A DNA stretch of 64,000 nt, taken from Nitrosopumilus sp. (GTDB lineage: Archaea > Thermoproteota > Nitrososphaeria > Nitrososphaerales > Nitrosopumilaceae). Made by a program: the position numbers and the translations under genes. The notes beneath the pieces were generated by a model. The model had not been told where the DNA came from and made no database searches. It saw only the letters and a list, made by a program, of their open reading frames with translations. The DNA is taken from assembly GCA_963662625.1 (NCBI GenBank), contig OY759726.1:1376001-1440000 (forward strand), written 5' to 3'. Below are positions 1 through 13,370 of this stretch, in pieces (positions within the stretch are counted from its first letter, which is position 1; each line of letters begins with the position of its first letter).

Positions 1-74
1 GGAGGCGCCCGTGGATCCACTGGAAGGACGCGTCGGCGCGCACCAAATATTAGCCGGCGCCGCCAACCTGCGCC

Positions 75-821
75 ATGCCAGACTCGATCGACCTTGCCCC
101 GGACGAAAAGCTGGTAATAATCCCGGACATCCACAACAAGTACGCCGAGGCCGAGGAGATAATCCGGGAGGAGAATCCCGACAGGGTGGTCTTCCTGGGC
201 GACTACTTTGACGGCTCGGGCTACACCCTCGCGGACGCCGCAAACACGGCGGGGTGGCTGGCCGGGTCGCTGCGCCAGAAGGACCGCATACACCTGGTCG
301 GGAACCACGACCTGAACTACATGACGCCCAACCCGGAGCTGAAGTGCAGCGGGTACGATCCGGCCAAGTACGAGGCGATCAGGGGCCACGACATACGGTG
401 GGACGATCTGAGGCTGTTCTGCTGGGCGGGCGACTGGCTCTGCACCCACGCGGGAATGTCAAACCGGTTTTACGAGCAGCAGAAATCCGGCGAGTCCGAC
501 TCGGTGCGGGACGTGCTGGAACGGTCAAGGCGCGACCTTGAAAGCATCCACGACCCGGACTCCGGCCACCCGTTCTTACAGGTGGGGGCGATGCGCGGGG
601 GCGCCTGCACCGTGGGCGGGATAGTGTGGTGCGACTATGGCGAATTCGAGGACATCCCAGGGGTGCGGCAGATCTTCGGCCACACCAGGGACGACGCCGT
701 GCGGCACAAAAAGGCGGGGGGTTCCGAGCACTATTGCATAGACACGGTGCTGAGGCACTATGCGGTGTACCGGGCAGGCGCGATGGATGTCAGGCCGTCC
801 CGGCACGCCGCCGCGCGCTAA
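75..821 (+). CDS. Calcineurin-like metallophosphoesterase
   Basis: Motifs DIH, GDYFD, GNHD, THAG and FGHT in the translated ORF. Confidence 0.85.
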   Translation: MPDSIDLAPDEKLVIIPDIHNKYAEAEEIIREENPDRVVFLGDYFDGSGYTLADAANTAGWLAGSLRQKDRIHLVGNHDLNYMTPNPELKCSGYDPAKYEAIRGHDIRWDDLRLFCWAGDWLCTHAGMSNRFYEQQKSGESDSVRDVLERSRRDLESIHDPDSGHPFLQVGAMRGGACTVGGIVWCDYGEFEDIPGVRQIFGHTRDDAVRHKKAGGSEHYCIDTVLRHYAVYRAGAMDVRPSRHAAAR

Positions 822-834
822 CTCCGGCCGGGAA

Positions 835-1944
835 TCACGCGGTAGTGGCCTGGGGCTGTTCTTTCTGGCCAGGCTTGTCCACGACGCGCTTTTCTCCGCC
901 GGGCTTGTCCACGACGCGCTTTTCTCCGCCGGGCTTGTCCACGACGCGCTTTTCTCCGCCGGGCTTGTCCACGACGCGCTTTTCTCCGCCGGGCTTGTCC
1001 ACGACGCGCTTTTCTCCGCCGGGCTTGTCCACGACGCGCTTTTCTCCGCCGGGCTTGTCCACGACGCGCTTTTCTCCGCCGGGCTTGTCCACGACGCGCT
1101 TTTCTCCGCCGGGCTTGTCCACGACGCGCTTTTCTCCGCCGGGCTTGCCCTTCTTTGATCCCGCCACGAGGTGCTCGTACAGGCTGTATGCCTGCCTCGC
1201 GTCCCGGCTTCCGTGCACTATGGAGCCCACCGCGCGGATCATCGCCACCGGGTGGTCTGACTGCCAGATGTTCCGGCCCATGTCCACCCCGGCCGCGCCC
1301 CCTTGGACGGAGTTGTATGTCAGCTCCAGCGCGTCCTTCTCGGGGATCTTCTTCCCACCAGCTACGATTATCGGGACCGGGCACGACTGCACCACCTTCT
1401 CAAAGCCCTCGCAATAGTACGTCTTCACTACGTGCGCGCCCTGCTCTGCGGCAACGCGGCACGCGAGGGAAAGGTAGCGCGCGTCCTTGCCGAGCTCCTT
1501 CCCCACCGCGGTTACCGCCAGCACGGGCATCCCGTACCGCTCCGCCTCGTTCACGAGCCTCCCCAGGTTCGCCACCGTCTGGTGCTCGTACTTTGAGCCT
1601 ACAAAGATCGACATCGCGACCGCGCTGGCATTTAGCCTTATCGCGTCCTCGACGCTGACGGTGACGTCCTCCCGGGAGAGGTCCCCGCCTATTATGCTCG
1701 GGCCGCCCGAGACCCTCAGGACCATCGGGGTTCCAGTGTTTGCCGGGACGCACGCCCTCTGCACCCCGCGCGTCAGCATCAGGGAGTCGCAGTACTTTAG
1801 CAGCGGCGCCACCACCTTGCCGGGGCTTTCCAGCCTCTCGGTCGGGCCCAGAAAGTACCCGTGGTCGACTGCGAGCATCAGCCCCCGCCTGTCGTGCGGC
1901 TTGATTATCCGCGCCAGCCTGTTCTCCAGTCCCCAGCCCGCCAT
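835..1944 (-). CDS. lsrF: DhnA/LsrF-type class I aldolase/thiolase with C-terminal tandem-repeat tail
   Basis: N-terminus WGLENRLARII, MLAVDHGYFLGP, VKTYY Schiff-base lysine, AGG, GVDMGRNIWQ. Confidence 0.8.
   Translation of the reverse strand: MAGWGLENRLARIIKPHDRRGLMLAVDHGYFLGPTERLESPGKVVAPLLKYCDSLMLTRGVQRACVPANTGTPMVLRVSGGPSIIGGDLSREDVTVSVEDAIRLNASAVAMSIFVGSKYEHQTVANLGRLVNEAERYGMPVLAVTAVGKELGKDARYLSLACRVAAEQGAHVVKTYYCEGFEKVVQSCPVPIIVAGGKKIPEKDALELTYNSVQGGAAGVDMGRNIWQSDHPVAMIRAVGSIVHGSRDARQAYSLYEHLVAGSKKGKPGGEKRVVDKPGGEKRVVDKPGGEKRVVDKPGGEKRVVDKPGGEKRVVDKPGGEKRVVDKPGGEKRVVDKPGGEKRVVDKPGGEKRVVDKPGQKEQPQATTA
871..1147. repeat. Tandem repeat, 9 x 30 bp plus partial copy, encoding (KPGGEKRVVD)n in the aldolase C-terminus
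   Basis: Unit GGGCTTGTCCACGACGCGCTTTTCTCCGCC repeated head to tail from 871 to 1140 with no spacers. Confidence 0.97.
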
Positions 1945-2077
1945 GTTCGATCTTCAAAGAATGGGGCATTTCTTAAGCCTTTCCCACCATGCCAGTCGAG
2001 CGAAACGCGTGCCGGATTGCGGCGGGACGCGTGCCACCGCGCATGCCCAAGGCCCCGCCATCGCGCCCGGCGCGGAT

Positions 2078-3121
2078 TTACGTTTCGCCCGGCTGCCCGG
2101 TGATGACGATCTTCATCGCGTCGCCGCCGACCCTGGCGTGCTCAAACGCCCTCTGGGCCTCCGGGATGGGGTACCTGTGGGTGATCAGCCGCTTCACGCC
2201 TATCCTGCCCGACTCGATGAGGCCCAGGGCCTCCCCGGTGTCGGCGTCAGACGCCGCGTAGCTCGTCCGGATCGTGACCTCCTTGGAGTACACCCTGTTC
2301 ATGTCGAGGTTGATCGTCGCGCCCTTCGACGGGACGCCGAACATCATCACCGAGCCGCCCTTCCGCACCATCCCTATCGCGTCGTCAAGCGCCCGGAGGC
2401 TGCTCGTCGCGACCACGGCCAAGTCCACCCCGAGGCCGCCCGTGGCGTCGGAGACCCTCCCGAACCTGTCCGCGTCGGCTGCGTTCATCGCCCCCGTGAC
2501 CCCGAACCGCCTTGCAAAGTCCAGCCTGAAGTCGTTCACGTCGAGGCAGAACACCTTGGAGAACCGCCTCGCCTGGGCTAGCAGGACGTGCATCATGCCC
2601 GTGGGGCCCGCGCCAAATATGGCCACGGTGCCGCCCTCCCGCGCGCCGCACCTTCCCCACGCCCTGACGCAGCATGCGAGCGGCTCCACCATGGCTGCCT
2701 CCTCGAAGGTGGTGGAGTCGGACAGCTTGAGCACGCCGCCGTGGGCCACGTTCCATTTGGGGACCACGTACCGCTCCGAGAGCCCGCACGGCTGCAGGTT
2801 CGTCTCGTAGTACCTGGGGCACATCGTCTCGCTGCCGTGCCTGCACAGGTGGCACGAGTAGCACGGGACGTGGTGGTGGGTGAACACCCTGTCCCCCTCC
2901 CGGAACTCCGTGACGCCCGGCCCGGCCCCGACGACCGTCCCAGCGGGCTCGTGCCCCAGCCTCATGGACGGGCTGCCGTACTCCCCGAACACCTTCTCGA
3001 GGTCCGATCCGCATATCCCGCAGGCCTGCATCTGCACCAGTATCTCGCCAGGGCCGGGTTCCGGGTCCGGCCCGTCGTCGACTGAAATCACGGAAGGCGC
3101 CTTCACCGTTGCCGTCTTCAC
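2078..3121 (-). CDS. Zinc-dependent medium-chain alcohol/polyol dehydrogenase
   Basis: CGICGSD, GHE, CxxCxxC...C zinc motifs, GAGPTG Rossmann motif; GTG start at 3121 chosen by inspection. Confidence 0.88.
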   Translation of the reverse strand: MKTATVKAPSVISVDDGPDPEPGPGEILVQMQACGICGSDLEKVFGEYGSPSMRLGHEPAGTVVGAGPGVTEFREGDRVFTHHHVPCYSCHLCRHGSETMCPRYYETNLQPCGLSERYVVPKWNVAHGGVLKLSDSTTFEEAAMVEPLACCVRAWGRCGAREGGTVAIFGAGPTGMMHVLLAQARRFSKVFCLDVNDFRLDFARRFGVTGAMNAADADRFGRVSDATGGLGVDLAVVATSSLRALDDAIGMVRKGGSVMMFGVPSKGATINLDMNRVYSKEVTIRTSYAASDADTGEALGLIESGRIGVKRLITHRYPIPEAQRAFEHARVGGDAMKIVITGQPGET

Positions 3122-3177
3122 GACGTAGGGGCGGCGCGGCAACTATTAGGTGTTGCCAAGGGCGTCGCCGCGGCGGG

Positions 3178-3471
3178 CTACACGCCGAGGATCTTCTTGA
3201 GCATGACCCTGTAGTCGACGTCGGTCTTCTCGCTCCCTGCCGCGGGCAGCTCGAACACCAGGGTGGAACTTGCCGCCCGGAGCTTCGTGAGCTCGTCGCC
3301 GATCGACCCGGTGAGGTCGTCGCTTGCAAGGATCAGGCCTATCCCGGAGTCCTCCGCAAGGCGCCTTATCTCCTCTAGGGCCTTCTCCGGGGTGTCGGTG
3401 ATCACGCCCGGGACGCCAGCCAGCTGGAAGCTGGCCACGAAGGACTTGCTGCCCACCGTAAATATCTTCAC
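3178..3471 (-). CDS. atpF: A/V-type ATP synthase subunit F
   Basis: KIFTVGSKSFVASFQLAGV ... LKKILGV pattern, about 97 aa. Confidence 0.85.
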   Translation of the reverse strand: MKIFTVGSKSFVASFQLAGVPGVITDTPEKALEEIRRLAEDSGIGLILASDDLTGSIGDELTKLRAASSTLVFELPAAGSEKTDVDYRVMLKKILGV

Positions 3472-3525
3472 AACGGTGGATCCGCCGCATGTCAATTTAA
3501 CCTTTTTTGGCAGGGGCCGCGGGCC

Positions 3526-4771
3526 CAGTTAAGCGAAATGTACCCGATCCTGCCCCCTCATGGCGGGGGCTTGGGCTCCAGTATCCGGGCCGACTCCAAC
3601 TGGTAGGCGAACGCCCGCTGGGTCATCACGCCGTTCCTGCAACCCCTTCCAGAAAGGACGGCCCGCACCACCACCCACTCGTTGTACGCCAGCAGCGAGT
3701 AGTAGAAGCACAGCATGCGGGCCCCCTCGTCGGCGACCCTGGTCTTGGCCCTCATGGACTCTATAACCCTGTACGACGTCTCGATGCCCCACCTGCGCGG
3801 GTACCCCCTTGCGCTGGCTGCGGGGCGGTTGGTCGCAAACCCGATGTACCGCTCCTCGGGGACGGAGGGATCGTCGCACTTCTTCCTCTCCTCGATCTTG
3901 ATGTGGTACCCCGCGGAGTTCCGCCCCTCGATCGTCACCGGGGACACGCCGGGCCTGGCGTTGCGCGCGAACTCCCGCAGCGCGGCCACCACGTTGCCGG
4001 TGTTCCTGCACGGCATGAGGTACCCGACGCGGGCCCTGTCCAGCGCCCTGATCGTCTCCACCGTGAAGAACTCCCTGTCCAGCAGGACGAGGCCGGGCCC
4101 GATTCCGGCGTCCCGTACCGACCGCAGCGCCTTTTCGACGAAACCAGGCACGGAATCGAACATGTTCACGCGGTACGCGCCCAAAACCAGCGGGTACCTG
4201 CCCCCGACGCACTGGACCGTGATGTACCTCTCGAACAGCTTGGTCCCGTTCTTGCTCCTGGAGCGGGTCAGCCCGGGCCCCGGCGCGGAATCGTAGCGCG
4301 GTATCAGGTGCATGTCGATGGCGATGGAGGGCTTGCGGGGCAGCCTTCCGGCCTTTTTGAGCGCGGCCGCCTGCCTCCCCACGGCGCCGCCGAGGGCATC
4401 CTGGATCCCGGCGCCGCCTGCCCCCCTGAGCGCCGAGGCGAACCACCTGTCCGAGGGGGCCGCCCTGCCGTGCACGGCCTTGGCCGCGTTGGCGCACCCC
4501 CCGACCGACGAGTCCCGGAGCGCGGCCCCAAGCATGCCCCGGTTGAGGGCGTCCACTCCGAACACGGCGTTGCGGCCCGCTGGCCGCATGAGCGGGGCCA
4601 GGAACCCGCGCATGCCGGAGACGACACCCTGATATAGGCGGGGGTCGTTCACCATGTCGCGGCCCTGGCGGGTCTTGTTTCGAGACAATTCAAGTCTTGT
4701 CGGGGCCCATCCCCTGTTGATCTGTTTGGAATTGCGAGAGTTGACTATTTGGTCTACTTTTCGCTTAACTG
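3526..4771 (-). mobile_element. Intact-looking ISH3-family (IS4-like) insertion sequence, 1246 bp
   Basis: Terminal inverted repeats CAGTTAAGCGAAA(T/A)GTA match at 16/17; 5-bp target duplication GGGCC at 3521-3525 and 4772-4776; contains a DDE transposase. Confidence 0.92.
3558..4688 (-). CDS. DDE transposase (ISH3/IS4 type)
   Basis: IAIDMHLIPRYD, LLDREFF and YxxRWGIETSYR motifs; start may instead be the ATG near 4655. Confidence 0.9.
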   Translation of the reverse strand: MSRNKTRQGRDMVNDPRLYQGVVSGMRGFLAPLMRPAGRNAVFGVDALNRGMLGAALRDSSVGGCANAAKAVHGRAAPSDRWFASALRGAGGAGIQDALGGAVGRQAAALKKAGRLPRKPSIAIDMHLIPRYDSAPGPGLTRSRSKNGTKLFERYITVQCVGGRYPLVLGAYRVNMFDSVPGFVEKALRSVRDAGIGPGLVLLDREFFTVETIRALDRARVGYLMPCRNTGNVVAALREFARNARPGVSPVTIEGRNSAGYHIKIEERKKCDDPSVPEERYIGFATNRPAASARGYPRRWGIETSYRVIESMRAKTRVADEGARMLCFYYSLLAYNEWVVVRAVLSGRGCRNGVMTQRAFAYQLESARILEPKPPP

Positions 4772-4814
4772 GGGCCCGGGAAAGGTTGATTTAGCGCGGC
4801 ATGCAACGGGAACC

Positions 4815-5114
4815 ATGGTTGAAATCGACGCCTCTAGGGACGTCTACCTGTTCACCCACGGGAGGGCCGACCTGAAAGACAGGTCAGAGGCCGCCCTGAT
4901 CGCTAACGGCTTTGCGAGGGAGAGGATAGTGATGGCGGTGCCCGACAAGGTGGGATCGGTCGGCGACTACATGGCGATGCTCTGGATGCCGCCAAACCCC
5001 GACCACATAAGGATCCAGCGGATCACCAAGGTGGACGAGGTGGAGCCGGAGGGGATGATCGGCCTGTGGAAGGGCGTGTCAAAGGACGACGTCGACTCGA
5101 TAAAGCTGGACTAG
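4815..5114 (+). CDS. Hypothetical protein
   Basis: Host-like codon usage; ATG at 4815 follows an AT-rich promoter-like segment; the longer ORF start lies inside the IS end. Confidence 0.7.
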   Translation: MVEIDASRDVYLFTHGRADLKDRSEAALIANGFARERIVMAVPDKVGSVGDYMAMLWMPPNPDHIRIQRITKVDEVEPEGMIGLWKGVSKDDVDSIKLD

Positions 5115-5365
5115 CTAAAGCCGGCCCCGAACTTGCTCCCTTTCTGCAGCGGATCGGCAGACGTGTCTGCCTTTTTGAGCTTCCTGTACAGCAGCGTCTC
5201 GTAGACCAGCTGCATGGCGTCCTTCTCGCCCAGTGAACAGTCGGACATGACCTCGTCCCTGTACTTTCGCAGCCTGGACGCGTCCTGCTCGTCGGGGGAC
5301 ACGCCGTCGTGCACCATCATGTTTGCGATGTGCTCGATCTCCCTGTTGCGCCGCCCGTCGTCCAC
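5111..5365 (-). CDS. Small hypothetical protein (DDGRRNREIEHIAN...KFGAGFS)
   Basis: Only the C-terminal part of the 5111..6604 ORF looks protein-like; GTG start with TTATAA about 25 nt upstream. Confidence 0.65.
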   Translation of the reverse strand: MDDGRRNREIEHIANMMVHDGVSPDEQDASRLRKYRDEVMSDCSLGEKDAMQLVYETLLYRKLKKADTSADPLQKGSKFGAGFS

Positions 5366-5415
5366 GGCTGTGGTTGCGCCGCCCCGGTTATAACATGTTC
5401 GAAAGCCGGCCGGCC

Positions 5416-5766
5416 CTACAGGTCGGATATCAGCCCTGCCACAAAGTCCCCGAACTCGGAGTCGTCGAAGCTCACCCTCTCGACCCGCCCCAGCCTCCTG
5501 GCAAGCAGCGCCGAGTCCAGGTGGTAGCACGACTTCCTGCCTTCGGGGATCCCGAAGTAGAAGCCCCGGCACGAGCAGTAGCGGCCGTCTGGGTCGATCC
5601 AGTGCTCCTTGCTCCTCCCGACCACCGTCCACACGGCCCTCCCGCTGGGCCCGAAGTGGTGCATCTTCACCCTGCTCTCCGACACCGCCGACTCCGCCCT
5701 GTCCTCCTGCGCCGTCGGCCCCCCGGCTTCCCGCGCCGCCTGCACTGCCCCGCCCGGATCGCTCAC
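5416..5766 (-). CDS. SWIM zinc-finger protein
   Basis: YCSCRGFYF...CYHL matches CxC-xn-CxH. Confidence 0.75.
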   Translation of the reverse strand: MSDPGGAVQAAREAGGPTAQEDRAESAVSESRVKMHHFGPSGRAVWTVVGRSKEHWIDPDGRYCSCRGFYFGIPEGRKSCYHLDSALLARRLGRVERVSFDDSEFGDFVAGLISDL

Positions 5767-5797
5767 AAGGGTTTAATCCAAAGGCCGCGGTATATCT

Positions 5798-6543
5798 TTG
5801 TTGCAGGCAAGAATCGTCCCCTCGAGGCCCGCGATGGTGCTGGAGGGCAGGAAGAAGAGCCTGGTGGTGGCAGACATCCACATAGGCTTCGAGAGCGGCC
5901 TCGCGGCGGGCGGGATCACCGTCGGGAAGGGCTCCACGGTCGGCCAGGCGGTCTCGGAGCTCTCCGAGATGATACGCGAGGAGAGGCCCGACAGCGTGGT
6001 GCTGCTCGGGGACGTCAAGTCCAGCATCAGGGGCATCGCGAGGCAGGAGTGGGACGACGTGCCGTACTTCCTTGGGAGGATCCGGGAGCAGTGCGACGTG
6101 GTGCTGGTCCCCGGAAACCACGACGCGGGCATCCAGAGGCTGGCACCGGACGGGGTGTCGCTCACCGGCCCGGCGGGGGTGGTGGAGGAGGGCGCGCTGC
6201 TGACGCACGGCCACGCGATGCCGTCCGGAAACTTTTCGCACGTGGACAGGATAATAATGGGCCACGTCCACCCGGTGTTCTTCGAGGACGGCTCCGTGCT
6301 CAACGGGCAGCGCGTCTGGGTCTCGCTGAGGGCCGCGAGGCAGGACATATTCCCGGACCGGTCCGGCGAGCTCGAGGTGACCATAGTGCCGTCGTTTAAC
6401 AGGTATTTTTACGCGGCGCACAAGGGCAGGCGAAGGCGGTCGACGTCCCCGATAATCGAGCGGATCAGGGACGTGGCCTCTGCCAGGATCGTGACGCTTG
6501 ACGGGGACATCATAGGGGACGAGTCCGACCTGGGCCGGGTCCT

Positions 6544-6547
<4 letters not shown>
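5798..6547 (+). CDS. Metallophosphoesterase (PdeM/ICC-like)
   Basis: ADIHIG, LLGDV, PGNHD, THGH and GHVHP motifs. Confidence 0.85.
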
Positions 6548-9793
<3,246 letters not shown>

Positions 9794-9807
<14 letters not shown>

Positions 9808-10966
9808 ATTCAGGTTCCTCCATCATTTTCCTGAGGTCGTCAAAGACGAACTTGCAGTCGTATGGGCCCGGAGACGCCTCCGGGTGGAACTGCACCGCGA
9901 TGCAGTTCCGCGTCTTGTGCCTTATCCCCTCGACCGTCTTGTCGTCTGCGTTCGTAAACCATAAGTCGAATTCCGAGTCGCCAAGCGACTCCGGGGTGAT
10001 CCCGTAGCCGTGGTTCTGGCTGGTGACGTACACCTGGCCGTCCTCCGAGTTGACGCAGGGCTTGTTCTGCCCGCGGTGCCCGTACTTTAGCTTGTACGTC
10101 TGCATGTCCCCGGCTATGCCGATTATCTGGGCCCCGAGGCAGATGCCCAGGGTCGGGACGTCCTCCTCGATCAGGCGCCTCGCAGTCCGTATGGTCTCGG
10201 CGCACTTTTGCGGATCCCCCGGGCCGTTGCTGATCACCACCCCCTTCGGGCCGTGCGACATCACCTCGTCAAACGGCGTGTCCCACGGGAGCTTGACCAC
10301 CCTGTACCCCATGTCCCGTATGTTGCGCAGTATCGCGTTCTTGGCCCCCGTGTCGATCACCACCACCGGCTCCCCGCCGGTGCCGTATGACTGTTCCTGT
10401 CTGGTGGACACGGCGTCCATGAACTGCTCGGAGTCGTAGTGGGGCGCCTCCCGGAGCCGGCCGGCCACCTCGCCGGCGTCGATCTCAGAGTCGGACACGG
10501 CGAGCGCCGCCATCATCACGCCGCCCGTGCGGAGCTTCTTGGTGAGCTCCCGGGTGTCGATCCCCGATATCCCCGGGACGCGCTCGGCGTGGAGCCACTC
10601 GTCGAGCGTCATGGCCAGGTTCCAGTGGCTCGCCGTAAGGGACAGCTCGTGCACCACCATCCCCCTGGCGTGGATCCTGTCGGACTCGAAGAACTCCGGG
10701 ATCCCGTCCGGATCGGCGGCCGCGGGATCCGGCACCCCGTAGTTTCCCACCAGCGGGTACGTCATGGTGAGTATCTGGCCGCTGTACGAGGGATCGGTCA
10801 GCGTCTCCGTGTAGCCCACCATCCCGGTGTTGAAGACGATCTCCCCGAAGACGGTGGTGGGATAGCCGAAGCCCATCCCGTCCAGGACGGTGCCGTCGTC
10901 GAGGATCAGCTTCCCGAACTTGTTTGCTTGAGTTGATTTCCTGGTAGTTATCGTTACCCTCGACAA
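9794..10966 (-). CDS. carA: Carbamoyl-phosphate synthase small subunit
   Basis: GEIVFNTGMVGY, PLVGNYG, SNGPGDP, GICLGAQ, HRGQN, QFHPEASPGP; exact start uncertain. Confidence 0.95.
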
Positions 10967-11034
10967 GTTCGAGTGCTTATGGATTTAAGTTTTTGGAAAG
11001 GCGCCGTATCCCCCGCGGGCAGGATCGCCCCGGG

Positions 11035-12228
11035 CTAGAGGGCGCGGAACTCCTCGCTCCACTTGTGGTACGCGCGGATCATCTCGGTCGAGACGCTGGG
11101 CTTCCTCCTGGCCATGGTCTCCTTAAAGTCCGCGGTGGTGATCTCCCTCGGCTTCTGGGCCTCCTGGCCCTCCACCGGCTCCTGGTAGTCCTTGGAGTTG
11201 AACAGCTCGTGGACGGTCTTGAGGTGCGTCGCCTGGCACACGTCCCTGATGTCGCTTGCGCTGTACCCGTCAAAGATCCTCGCCAGGTCTTCCGTCTTGA
11301 CCCTGCCGTTGACGGCCAGGTCGGCGGTGTACTGCTGGAACAGGCTCTGCCTCGCCTCGAGCGTTGGCAGGGAGACGTAGATCCTCTTCTGGAACCTCCT
11401 GAGGAACGGCCAGTCCAGGCTCCACGGCTTGTTGGTGGCGCCGATCACGTACATCATCAGGTCCTTTCCCTTGCTGTTCACCCCGTCCATCTCCGTGAGG
11501 AACTGGTTCTTGGTCCTGACCTCGCCGCCCACCTCGCTGTTCCTGGAGCCCAGGAGCGAGTCGACCTCGTCCACGAAGAGGATCACCGGCTTTCCCTCCT
11601 TCTCCGCGTAGCGGCGGGCCATCCTGAACAGCTTCGAGACGTTCTTCTCTGCCTCGCCGAGCCACTTGCTCATCATCGACGACGCGTCCACGTTGATAAA
11701 GTAGCCGTCCATCTCGCTTGCGGTCGCCGCCGCCAGCATCGTCTTTCCGGTGCCCGGGGGGCCGTAGAGCAGCATGCCCTTTGGCCACCCGAGCGGGAAG
11801 AGGTCTGGCCTCTTGGTGGGGTACACTATGGACTCGCGCAGGGCGTTCTTCGCGTCCTCCAGCCCTATCACCTCGCTCCAGCTGACGTTGGGCTTTTCCT
11901 TCATCACGAGCTCCTCGAAGTCGTTCTCGTCCTCCTGCCTCTGGACGGATTTTTTCTGCTCTTCGGGGGACGCCTTCGGGTCCACCGCGGGCTCCACCCC
12001 GTGGGACTCCTGGAGCGCCTTTATCCTGTTGTGGTAGGAGGCGCACCTGTCCTTGTATATGGGGTTCAGCTTGCTGTTGGGGTACAGCTGCATCAGCTTC
12101 ACGAGCGCGTCTATGGCGTGCTGGTAGTTGGTGATCGCCATGCCGCGAGCTCCCTGCGAATCGAACTTGATCGCCTCTGACGCGTACTTGCTCGCGGTGT
12201 TTTCCAGTTCCTGCGGTGCCAAACTCAT
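11035..12228 (-). CDS. cdvC: Vps4/CdvC AAA+ ATPase with N-terminal MIT domain
   Basis: MIT-like N-terminus (ASKYASEAIKFD...AITNYQHAI), Walker A GPPGTGKT, Walker B FVDEVD, SRH ATNKPW..LD..FLRRF. Confidence 0.9.
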   Translation of the reverse strand: MSLAPQELENTASKYASEAIKFDSQGARGMAITNYQHAIDALVKLMQLYPNSKLNPIYKDRCASYHNRIKALQESHGVEPAVDPKASPEEQKKSVQRQEDENDFEELVMKEKPNVSWSEVIGLEDAKNALRESIVYPTKRPDLFPLGWPKGMLLYGPPGTGKTMLAAATASEMDGYFINVDASSMMSKWLGEAEKNVSKLFRMARRYAEKEGKPVILFVDEVDSLLGSRNSEVGGEVRTKNQFLTEMDGVNSKGKDLMMYVIGATNKPWSLDWPFLRRFQKRIYVSLPTLEARQSLFQQYTADLAVNGRVKTEDLARIFDGYSASDIRDVCQATHLKTVHELFNSKDYQEPVEGQEAQKPREITTADFKETMARRKPSVSTEMIRAYHKWSEEFRAL

Positions 12229-12299
12229 CCAAACCACCCTTGCCTTGTCTTTCCGATTCGGTTGGTATTCTAATGGGTTAATCTCTGTCGCGGTGTTGG

Positions 12300-12722
12300 T
12301 TAAATTATTTGCACAAGTCCGGCCCCGCCGCGCTCCTGCGCGGGGCCCTTCCCTAGGTCCGACCTGTCCGAGATGCCCGCGTGCAGCTCCCTCACCCTGC
12401 TTATGGAGTCCTCGGCGGCGGCCAGCATCTCCGCAATCTCGTCGTCGACCTCGCCTATCGACTCGCAGGCGTCGCCTATGATGCGGACGAAGCTCCCCAG
12501 CATCTCCTTGGTCTCCTTCCTGTCCTCGTACTTGCACAGCAGGAAGTCCGCGAGGGCGACCACCCTGCCCATGTCCTCCAGCTCCTCGTGGGACAGCCCG
12601 TCTATCTTGCCCAGCTGGATGCCCTCCCTTGAGGCCCTCCTGTCGATCTTCTCAGAGACGCTCCTGACCAGCCCCATCTCCCTTGCAAAACCACCACCGC
12701 GCAAGACGTTCAAGCGGTTCAC
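12300..12722 (-). CDS. Hypothetical helical protein in the cdv locus
   Basis: Coding-like ORF overlapping the upstream gene stop by 4 nt. Confidence 0.65.
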   Translation of the reverse strand: MNRLNVLRGGGFAREMGLVRSVSEKIDRRASREGIQLGKIDGLSHEELEDMGRVVALADFLLCKYEDRKETKEMLGSFVRIIGDACESIGEVDDEIAEMLAAAEDSISRVRELHAGISDRSDLGKGPAQERGGAGLVQII

Positions 12723-13264
12723 CCTTTAAGAAACCCAAGATTACGGTACTGCTTATTTATTTTAGAGTCGGTCATCAATTTTACTTCATCAAGGAAGAGC
12801 GCCGACTCTGAGTTTGAGCGCCCAAAGTCGAACTTCGCGGTGGCTATGATCGCCGAGTCGAGCAGGATGCTTCCCAGGTGGACCGACAGCTCGGACAGCA
12901 TGCGGCTGCAGGCAGGCACCACGTCGTACAGCTGCGCGCTGGCCGTCCTGACCGCGGGGATCGCCGGCGCCAGGATCCCCGGGATGCTCGACACCCCCGA
13001 GATGGATCCCACCCTCCTCCTGATCTGCAGGAGCACCTCCAGCGAGAACGCCACCGCCCTCTCCCTGTCGATCGCCCCCGGCAGCGAGGGGTCGTCGTCA
13101 CCCGACGCCCTTATCAGGCCGCGCGTCGACGCCACGAGCCCCCTCCTCTGCGATCGCAGGTCCTCTATTATCTCGGAGAGCAGCCCCGCCGAGTACTCCA
13201 GGCGGGGGACTATCGTGACTGCGTGGGAGACTCCCCCTCCGACGCCGCCGCATCCTGCAACCAT
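12719..13264 (-). CDS. Divergent ESCRT-III/Snf7-like (CdvB paralog) protein
   Basis: LEVLLQIRRRVGSI...LAPAIPAVR...LSELSVHLGSIL...ESALFLDEV resembles the CdvB core helices; lies two genes upstream of cdvC. Confidence 0.6.
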   Translation of the reverse strand: MVAGCGGVGGGVSHAVTIVPRLEYSAGLLSEIIEDLRSQRRGLVASTRGLIRASGDDDPSLPGAIDRERAVAFSLEVLLQIRRRVGSISGVSSIPGILAPAIPAVRTASAQLYDVVPACSRMLSELSVHLGSILLDSAIIATAKFDFGRSNSESALFLDEVKLMTDSKINKQYRNLGFLKG

Positions 13265-13298
13265 GACCGGTGATCCGGAGAGTCAGTATTTGAGTGCC

Positions 13299-13370
13299 CT
13301 GTAACGAATTTCGCTGTCACCGCAGTTACAGCACGCCGCAGTTACAGTTTTGATTTTTTTTGAGCAGTTA
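13299..13370. promoter_or_regulatory. Repeated GCAGTTACAG-like motifs in a divergent promoter region
   Basis: CCGCAGTTACAG at 13320 and 13336, GCAGTTA at 13364, inverted CTGTAAC at 13299. Confidence 0.45.

Noticed and set aside
871-1147. CRISPR array
   Set aside because: The 30-bp units are contiguous with no spacers, lie in frame within a CDS, and no cas genes are nearby.
12229-12537. N-terminal extension of CdvC, or frameshift fusion with the upstream gene
   Set aside because: The open frame overlaps another gene and an AT-rich promoter-like tract, and the MIT domain starts at ATG 12228. A GC hairpin near 12321-12347 exists but has no BHB geometry or clear slippery site.
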